Shown one piece after another: positions 54,438 through 59,996 of a stretch of DNA of 59,996 bases; position 1 is the stretch's first letter, and every line of letters starts with the position of its first letter. The notes under the pieces were generated by a model, which was not told where the DNA came from, ran no database searches, and saw only the letters and a list, made by a program, of their open reading frames with translations. A program made the position numbers and the translations under genes. The stretch lies in the NCBI GenBank assembly GCA_039795715.1, contig JBDKLD010000008.1, forward strand, positions 1-59,996. Direction: 5' to 3'. The DNA comes from Candidatus Parcubacteria bacterium. GTDB taxonomy: Bacteria; Patescibacteriota; Minisyncoccia; Phycocordibacterales; UBA9973.

Positions 54438-55364
54438 TTACTTTCTCCAACGCGCAGTCACACCGGCCGGCAAGCTAACATTTCGAGATGAATTTTCTTT
54501 CAAGATAAGTTCAAGCGTTTCTGTAGTTCCGCTGAATTTTTCTTCAATTTGTTTTAAACAATTACCGAATGCGAGCGCGGAATAGCCTGACGCATAGCCA
54601 GAAATGACAAGGAAAAGCGGTTTATCTGACAGCAACTGCATGCAGGTATCAAAAAGTTCCAAAAATTGTTCTTCTATTTTCCAAACTTCTCCGTCTGGAC
54701 CACGACCGAAAGCCGGTGGATCCATAACTATACCGTCGTATTTTTTTCCGCGCTTCACTTCCCTTTTGGCAAAAGCCAGTGCGTCATCAACGAGCCAACG
54801 TATTGGCGCATTATCAAGACCATTCAATTTGGCATTTTCTTTTGCCCAATCCACAACCGGTTTTGAGGCATCGACATGAGTGACTTCAGCTCCGGCTTTG
54901 GCCGCAACAAGTGTTGCGCCACCAGTGTAGGCAAAAAGATTGAGAACGTTTGGTTTTGCACCAGCGTTTTCATTTTCCGTCTTTTTATTTTCTAAACATT
55001 CAGCAATGAACTGCCAATTCAGAGTTTGCTCAGGAAAAATACCGACATGCTTGAACGATGTCGGACGCACCAGAAAATGCAGCCCGCTGTGTTCTATTAT
55101 CCATTCATCTGGCACGCTTTTATTTACAACTTTATTTCCATCACTGCTCCCATCTTTACTTTCTTCTTTATTTCCTGCTGTGCGCTTTTTCCAAGAACCA
55201 GTTTTCGAATCTATGCGGACAAAAGATAGATCGGCGTTTTCCCATGCACTAGCTGTCAGACCTTTATGCCAGAGCGCTTCCGGATCTGGCCGACGCACAA
55301 CAACATCCCCGATGCGCTCGAGTTTCTCGCCTTCCCCACTATCTATGAGTTCATATCCATTCAT
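54438..55364 (-). CDS. Class I SAM-dependent rRNA methyltransferase (RlmI/RlmK/COG1092-like)
   Basis: LNLFAYTGGATLVAAKAGAEVTHVDASK (SAM motif I/II) and GIVMDPPAFGRG (DPP motif), with an N-terminal PUA/EEHEE-like region. Confidence 0.75.
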   Translation of the reverse strand: MNGYELIDSGEGEKLERIGDVVVRRPDPEALWHKGLTASAWENADLSFVRIDSKTGSWKKRTAGNKEESKDGSSDGNKVVNKSVPDEWIIEHSGLHFLVRPTSFKHVGIFPEQTLNWQFIAECLENKKTENENAGAKPNVLNLFAYTGGATLVAAKAGAEVTHVDASKPVVDWAKENAKLNGLDNAPIRWLVDDALAFAKREVKRGKKYDGIVMDPPAFGRGPDGEVWKIEEQFLELFDTCMQLLSDKPLFLVISGYASGYSALAFGNCLKQIEEKFSGTTETLELILKENSSRNVSLPAGVTARWRK

Positions 55365-55382
55365 GCGGCAATAGTAACGAAA

Positions 55383-56015
55383 TTATTGCTCATCTGCAAT
55401 TTTTTTATTTTCTTTATATCTCTTGTTTCGATTGCGGACTTGCTGAATTGTTCGTACTAGAAGCGGGACTATTGTCGTCAACACAACCACTGCAACAATT
55501 ATTGGTAAAATATATTTATCAGGATTTGGAACATATTGCCCGAAAAAGTATCCCATACTGGCAACAACTGTCGGCCAGAGAATTGCGCCGATTGCATTGT
55601 AAGTAGTGAACATCCGGCGTGGCATCTTACCGATTCCTGCCATAGGACCAGCAACTGAACGGAGCACGGGCACAAATCTAGCGAAAAGTAACGTCAATAC
55701 GCCGAAACGAGTAAAGTATTTTTCTGCTCGCTCCATACTTTTGGTTGAAATAAGTCCGGTATTTTTTTTCTCAAAAAATTTGGTGCCGTACTTTTTACCC
55801 AAAAAGTAAGCAAGCTCAAATCCCAAAAATGATGCCACTGCTGTCACGACGATAGTTCCAATAAATGACATTTTGCCAATAGCAGCCAAAATGCCGAAAG
55901 AAAAAATAAGGCTATCGCCTGGAAACATAATGCCAATCAAAAGCCCTGTTTCAGCAAATATTGCAATAGACAGGCCGAGTAGGCCGAGCGTAGAAAATGT
56001 TTCGATACTGAACAT
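55383..56015 (-). CDS. DedA-family membrane protein
   Basis: FPGDSLIF, and FARFVPVLRSVAGPMAGIGKMPRRMF is the DedA/SNARE-associated signature. Confidence 0.85.
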   Translation of the reverse strand: MFSIETFSTLGLLGLSIAIFAETGLLIGIMFPGDSLIFSFGILAAIGKMSFIGTIVVTAVASFLGFELAYFLGKKYGTKFFEKKNTGLISTKSMERAEKYFTRFGVLTLLFARFVPVLRSVAGPMAGIGKMPRRMFTTYNAIGAILWPTVVASMGYFFGQYVPNPDKYILPIIVAVVVLTTIVPLLVRTIQQVRNRNKRYKENKKIADEQ

Positions 56016-56028
56016 ATTTTAGAAAAAT

Positions 56029-56196
56029 TTAAAAAAGGTGGAGGAAATAGGCAATCATAATAAGTGCACCGATAGTACCGACAGCAGGATGAATCCGCCA
56101 AAGAATAATGTCGATAATAACTAGACCCAAGAACCAGACTAATCCAAGTGCTTCTATTGAATCACTAATTGTTGAGAGAAATGTTTGCAATGTCAT
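56029..56196 (-). CDS. Possible small two-TM membrane protein (55 aa; below the ORF-track cutoff)
   Basis: My own translation: MTLQTFLSTISDSIEALGLVWFLGLVIIDIILWRIHPAVGTIGALIMIAYFLHLF. ATG...TAA, and it fills an otherwise empty gap upstream of dedA. Confidence 0.35.
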   Translation of the reverse strand: MTLQTFLSTISDSIEALGLVWFLGLVIIDIILWRIHPAVGTIGALIMIAYFLHLF

Positions 56197-56253
56197 GTGA
56201 CTATTTTATCACAGGAACTTGCGTGGTGCGAGCTTTGTAGTAGGATAGCCACC

Positions 56254-56409
56254 ATGGATGACATTATGAAACCTCTTGGCACCTTTTTCGGCTATTTTTT
56301 TAATATGGTGCTTCTAATAGTGCTGGCTCTTGTATACCTCCCGTCTTTCCTTATTACGACTCACCTCAATAAACCATTCGAGGATCTACTCAAGGAATTT
56401 GGGTTTTAA
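56254..56409 (+). CDS. Possible small membrane protein (51 aa)
   Basis: MDDIMKPLGTFFGYFFNMVLLIVLALVYLPSFLITTHLNKPFEDLLKEFGF has one TM helix and is followed by a hairpin terminator. Confidence 0.3.
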   Translation: MDDIMKPLGTFFGYFFNMVLLIVLALVYLPSFLITTHLNKPFEDLLKEFGF

Positions 56410-56411
56410 AT

Positions 56412-56438
56412 AAAAAAAACCCCTGATATACAGAGGTT
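56412..56438 (-). terminator. Hairpin terminator between convergent genes
   Basis: Plus strand reads aaaaaaaAACCCCTGatataCAGAGGTT, with one mismatch in the stem. A U-run follows on the minus strand. Confidence 0.5.
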
Positions 56439-56439
56439 A

Positions 56440-56814
56440 TTAGGTTTTTTCTGTGACACCCATAATATGGAGTATCACATTCTTGAGTTTTTTAAAATCA
56501 AGCGGCATTTGAATTACATCGATATCTGCCATACCTCTCATTGTTCGAGCAACATGGAGTGGTTTACTGTCTGGGTCAAGGAGACAGATGATTGATCCCT
56601 CTTTTCTGTGAGAGCGAAGAATGTTCAGCCATTCTGACTTTAGGTTCCCTTTCGTGCAAACAATAACATTTGCCCTTTCAAAGATACTTTCTGGCCATTG
56701 TGTGCCAATAGCGACATACACAAGCATTAATGATGTTTTCAATTTCTTTTCGATATCACCGAAGAGTTTTTTCAAGAGGTCTTCGTCTTCAATGTTAGTT
56801 ACAAACATATTCAT
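56440..56814 (-). CDS. Hypothetical protein (about 124 aa)
   Basis: Clean ORF downstream of alr, with an alternating beta/alpha pattern. No diagnostic motif. Confidence 0.45.
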   Translation of the reverse strand: MNMFVTNIEDEDLLKKLFGDIEKKLKTSLMLVYVAIGTQWPESIFERANVIVCTKGNLKSEWLNILRSHRKEGSIICLLDPDSKPLHVARTMRGMADIDVIQMPLDFKKLKNVILHIMGVTEKT

Positions 56815-56872
56815 ATTGTTTAGGATTTTTTTGAAGTATAGACTCTTTTGACGAGATTGCAATAGCCAGAAT

Positions 56873-57991
56873 CTATTCTGTATATATCCTCGGCACCCGA
56901 GCCGATAAACAAGTTACAATTTCGTGTGGTGTCGTACCGACTTGCGTCGCAATTTCTTGGACTGAGATTTGCTCGTTGCCGTCTTTACCAATCAATGTAA
57001 CCACATCTCCAACGTACGCTTCACCGTCTCTACCGAGCGAAACCGTAAACTGATCCATGCAGATACGGCCCACAACAGGAAAGGATTTACCTTTGATGAG
57101 CACGTAGCCAGCATTTGATAGTCGTCTTGGATAACCATCGGCGTAGCCAAGTGGAAGTGTGATGATTCTTTCATATTCGTTTTGTACCTGATAGGTTTTG
57201 CCGTAGCCAATGTACTCACCTTTGCTTGAGACTTTAAAGTAAGTAACTTTTGTTGTGAGCGAAAGTGCTGGCATTATTTTAGAAGGAAGTATGCTCGATT
57301 CACATTCAGGCTCTATGCCATATATTGCAACACCCGGACGGACCATAGAGAGGTGGTATTCCGGATAGAGAAAAATCGAACGAGATGAGCATATGTGCAA
57401 GAATGTCGGCTTCAGGTTTTTTTCATCTGCATATGCTACGGCAGTTTGGAAACGTTCGAACTGGATTTTTGTGTAGTCTGCATCCATGCTGTCAGAAAAA
57501 TGTGAGTACATACCTTCGCAAATTATTTTTCCTTTTGTCGTCAGGTCAACTGCCAGGTCGATGAATTTCTCTTTTCTCTGCCAGTGGACGCCGACTCGCC
57601 CCATACCAGTATCTATTTTGAGGTGGACTGTTGGTATTTTTCCGAGCTTTTCCCCTACTCTCGCAATCTCTTCCAGCTTGTCTGATGAGGCCGCGGTGAT
57701 TGTTAGATTGTATGTGATAGCACTCTCTATTTCATCACTATCAATAGAGCCGAGCACAAGTATAGGCACGGCAATTTTATCTTTTCGTAATGTCACGCCT
57801 TCGGCTACCAGGGCCACAGCAAAATAGTCCACATGTGGGGCAAGAGCTTTTGCCACCGGTACCATGCCATGTCCATAAGCATCGGCTTTGATTACGTCGC
57901 AAATAGCGACTTTGTCGCTAACTGTTTTACGAATGACATTGATATTGTTTTCTATCGCTCCGAGCGAGACTGTGGCATAGGTATTACGCAT
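56873..57991 (-). CDS. alr: Alanine racemase
   Basis: PLP-lysine motif DVIKADAYGHG, and C-terminal GYADGYPR and RICMDQF. Confidence 0.93.
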   Translation of the reverse strand: MRNTYATVSLGAIENNINVIRKTVSDKVAICDVIKADAYGHGMVPVAKALAPHVDYFAVALVAEGVTLRKDKIAVPILVLGSIDSDEIESAITYNLTITAASSDKLEEIARVGEKLGKIPTVHLKIDTGMGRVGVHWQRKEKFIDLAVDLTTKGKIICEGMYSHFSDSMDADYTKIQFERFQTAVAYADEKNLKPTFLHICSSRSIFLYPEYHLSMVRPGVAIYGIEPECESSILPSKIMPALSLTTKVTYFKVSSKGEYIGYGKTYQVQNEYERIITLPLGYADGYPRRLSNAGYVLIKGKSFPVVGRICMDQFTVSLGRDGEAYVGDVVTLIGKDGNEQISVQEIATQVGTTPHEIVTCLSARVPRIYTE

Positions 57992-58008
57992 TGGTGTATT
58001 ATATAGGC

Positions 58009-58593
58009 ATGATTACATTTACCCCAAAGGTGTTTACTGTCCCCGCGCTCAAAGGCATTTCGGCTAAAACAATGGAGGAGCACATCAAGCTCTATGAGGG
58101 CTACGTCAAAAATGCCAACGCAGTTTTGGCGAAAGTTGAAGAATATGTGAAAGATAGCGAAACGAATGCTTACGTTCTCGGCGAACTCATGCGACGCTTT
58201 TCATTTGAGTGGAATGGTATGAAGAATCATGAGAAATATTTTGCTTTGCTCGAAGGCGGTGCTTCACCGCTGACTGTCGGCAGTCCGCTCGAAAATACCA
58301 TCACTACCACATGGGGTTCAGTCGGTGCATTCATGGCTAGGTTCAAAGCGCTCGCGCTCACTCGTGGCATCGGCTGGGCGATGCTTTCTAAAGACAGCGC
58401 TGGTAATTTACTCATGCACTGGGTAGACGAGCAACACCTCGGCCAGCTCCAAGACACAACGCCAGTCATCGCACTCGACATGTGGGAACATTCTTTTGTC
58501 GCTGACTACCAACCTTCTGGCAAGAAAAACTACGTAGAAGACTTTTTTGAAAACTTAAATTGGAGTGTAGCGGAAAAGTTTTTTGCGGAGTAA
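58009..58593 (+). CDS. Fe/Mn superoxide dismutase family protein (divergent N-terminal motif)
   Basis: Metal-ligand blocks: TMEEH, WNGMKNHEKYF, and ALDMWEHSF (D-x-W-E-H). ATG 58009 preferred over the TTG at 57991. Confidence 0.75.
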   Translation: MITFTPKVFTVPALKGISAKTMEEHIKLYEGYVKNANAVLAKVEEYVKDSETNAYVLGELMRRFSFEWNGMKNHEKYFALLEGGASPLTVGSPLENTITTTWGSVGAFMARFKALALTRGIGWAMLSKDSAGNLLMHWVDEQHLGQLQDTTPVIALDMWEHSFVADYQPSGKKNYVEDFFENLNWSVAEKFFAE

Positions 58594-58596
58594 AAA

Positions 58597-58860
58597 ATGA
58601 ACTATCATTTGAAAAATGTATTACTGGCTTTTGCGGCAGCAATCACTGACTGGTTGCTTTGGAAAAATTTTGCGCATAGTCGACTTACCTTTGTTGGATT
58701 TTTAGTTTCTGCAATTATTGCTGCATATATAATTAGGAAAGTAACGACAAATTCAATTGCCGATTTTATCTTACGTTTTTTTATTATTTCTGCTCTATCT
58801 TTTATTTTTATTAACATTCCTGCATTTTTATTTTACCTATTCGTTGTCGTACTTTTTTGA
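58597..58860 (+). CDS. Possible small 3-TM membrane protein
   Basis: Hydrophobic 87-aa ORF. It overlaps the 3' end of comEC by 24 nt and is the only call ending in TGA. Confidence 0.3.
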   Translation: MNYHLKNVLLAFAAAITDWLLWKNFAHSRLTFVGFLVSAIIAAYIIRKVTTNSIADFILRFFIISALSFIFINIPAFLFYLFVVVLF

Positions 58861-59996
58861 GTTCCTCTTTACCCAACCAAACGGATCAAAGCAGTAGAAA
58901 AGAAAAGCATACGTCAGCAACATCACAATGAACGGCATTTGCACGGTAACTGCCGCAAACAGCACATTTGCAGAAGCGTGAATCAGAAAAAGAATTGCTC
59001 CCGCAAAAAGACTAGCGATGAATGCAAAAGGTGTGGCGAGCGGTAAGTAAATGTAACCAACAATTGCTGTGACTGCGGTAAATGCCATAAGGTATGGCAC
59101 GAACGGCAAAATGAGAATGTTGGTGATTGGGCTGATAATAGAGAGCACGCTCATTTTCCAAAGAATAAATGGCAGAACGAAAATCTGCGTGCCGATTGTG
59201 CCGGTGAGCATTTCGCGCCACGGTATGCCGAGCGCTTTCTCGGGGACTTTTACAAACCAGTGTGCGACGCGCGGAGAAAAATAAATAATACCGACAGTTG
59301 CGAGAAAAGACAGCTGGGCAGAAACGTCACGGTAGAGTGTATAGGGATTGATGGCTGTCATGACAAAGGCTGCCATGAGAATAACTGTACCGATGTTGGC
59401 GCTCCGACCTTTTGATTTGGCAAAGAGCACAATGCCTGCCATTATCCCCGCTCGGACAGCACTCGATTGCAAACCGGTCATGATGACAAAAAAGAGAATC
59501 GCAAGTCCGCCCATGGCTAGTGCCCCAGCGAGCGGGAGGAAAGAAAAAAGCTCTCGGAAAAATCCGGAGACAATACTCACGTTGTAACCAGAGAGTGCGA
59601 TGATGTGCGTCGTACCCGTTGCGACAAATTCTTCACGATTTTCTTTGGTAATTTGTTTATCGCCGAGAAGTACGCCAGTAGAAAGACTTCCTTTCGTATT
59701 CGGCACGAGTGTTTTGACTATGTCTTCTAGTTTGTTGTTGAATTTGTAGAGCACACGCGAGACTGGATTGCCGGCTCTTTTTGCGGGCTCACCATTATTT
59801 TCTGTTTTGAAAATAGTGTTAGCTTTGACAATGCCAAGTATGCTGTCTTTTTTGAGGTAATTTGGATAATCAAATATTCCGCCGGAAGTTGTTTCAAATG
59901 GTTTTGGCTTTTCGAGATTGCCACGCACGGTAAGCATGTCGCCATATTCATATTCCCTGCCTTCACTTTCTCGAATGATTAATTTTATTTTTTCTT
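58837..59996 (-). CDS. comEC: ComEC/Rec2-family competence channel protein, N-terminus beyond window
   Basis: The Competence-domain pattern of many TM helices (HIIALSGYNVSIV, AVRAGIMA). The frame stays open upstream of the ATG at 59937 to the window edge (…KIKLIIRESEGREYEYGDMLTVRG), consistent with the OB-fold N-domain. Confidence 0.75.
   Translation of the reverse strand, partial: EKIKLIIRESEGREYEYGDMLTVRGNLEKPKPFETTSGGIFDYPNYLKKDSILGIVKANTIFKTENNGEPAKRAGNPVSRVLYKFNNKLEDIVKTLVPNTKGSLSTGVLLGDKQITKENREEFVATGTTHIIALSGYNVSIVSGFFRELFSFLPLAGALAMGGLAILFFVIMTGLQSSAVRAGIMAGIVLFAKSKGRSANIGTVILMAAFVMTAINPYTLYRDVSAQLSFLATVGIIYFSPRVAHWFVKVPEKALGIPWREMLTGTIGTQIFVLPFILWKMSVLSIISPITNILILPFVPYLMAFTAVTAIVGYIYLPLATPFAFIASLFAGAILFLIHASANVLFAAVTVQMPFIVMLLTYAFLFYCFDPFGWVKRNSKKYDNE

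Noticed and set aside
58009-58593. A SOD with a degenerate N-terminal HHxKHH motif (TMEEHIKLYEGY), considered as a possible pseudo-enzyme.
   Set aside because: The four metal-ligand positions (His in EEH, His in NHEKYF, and Asp and His in DMWEH) appear to be retained. It is probably just a divergent Fe/Mn SOD.
58597-58860. Read-through of the single TGA stop into a longer protein.
   Set aside because: Continuation would run ~60 codons antisense through comEC with no hydrophobic or conserved pattern. The ORF itself is doubtful.
1-59996. An alternative genetic code with TGA as a sense codon (code 4 or 25).
   Set aside because: All conserved proteins are full-length and unsplit under the standard code, so TGA is not a frequent sense codon here. 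The signal is avoidance of TGA rather than reassignment, and it is kept as a finding in that form.
1-59996. CRISPR arrays, rRNA/tRNA genes, IS elements, prophage or defence-system genes.
   Set aside because: I saw no spaced direct-repeat arrays, no rRNA or tRNA signatures in any intergenic region, and no transposase, integrase, Cas or restriction-enzyme-like ORFs.

Overview
This is a compact, gene-dense, moderately AT-rich bacterial window with about 62 CDS. I found no rRNA, tRNA, CRISPR array, transposase or integrase. Housekeeping content includes secE-nusG-rplK, rpsF-ssb-rpsR, recA, ftsK, recO, efp and four aaRS genes (metG, glyQS, ileS, argS). There is also a dut/thyX/dCMP-deaminase block, a nucleoside-salvage block, comEC, and large signal-anchored beta-rich surface proteins. 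With Shine-Dalgarno-poor and apparently leaderless starts, this looks like a Patescibacteria/CPR-type genome (inference only).

Layout:
- 1-11.6 kb: ABC-transporter-dependent glycan cluster (Wzm/Wzt, three methyltransferases, four GT2-type enzymes, a GT6 fusion, a GT11 fucosyltransferase, a Wzy_C/O-antigen-ligase-like protein, two TPR proteins).
- 11.7-15.0 kb: gene for a 1071-aa peptidoglycan-binding, Thr/Ser/Ala-rich surface protein, next to the glycan cluster.
- 15-60 kb: mostly housekeeping.

Main findings:
1. ileS carries a complete histidine-phosphatase (PGAM-like) domain inserted inside the catalytic core.
2. An ~81-nt GC-rich core occurs twice (80/81 identical), after recA and upstream of ftsK. 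Each copy is closed by a long AT-rich helix that differs between copies by five compensatory base-pair changes.
3. A GT11 alpha-1,2-fucosyltransferase sits near a bacterial NXN-type GT6 fused to a second GT-A domain, which suggests a blood-group-A/B-like glycan.
4. A 255-aa ORF abutting the ileS stop shows weak, motif-level resemblance to cyclodipeptide synthases.
5. TGA is almost absent as a stop codon (about 42 TAA, 19 TAG, 1 doubtful TGA).
6. Six genes have a -10-like box 6-7 nt upstream of the ATG, suggesting leaderless mRNAs.

All functional calls rest on motif recognition by eye. No searches were run.
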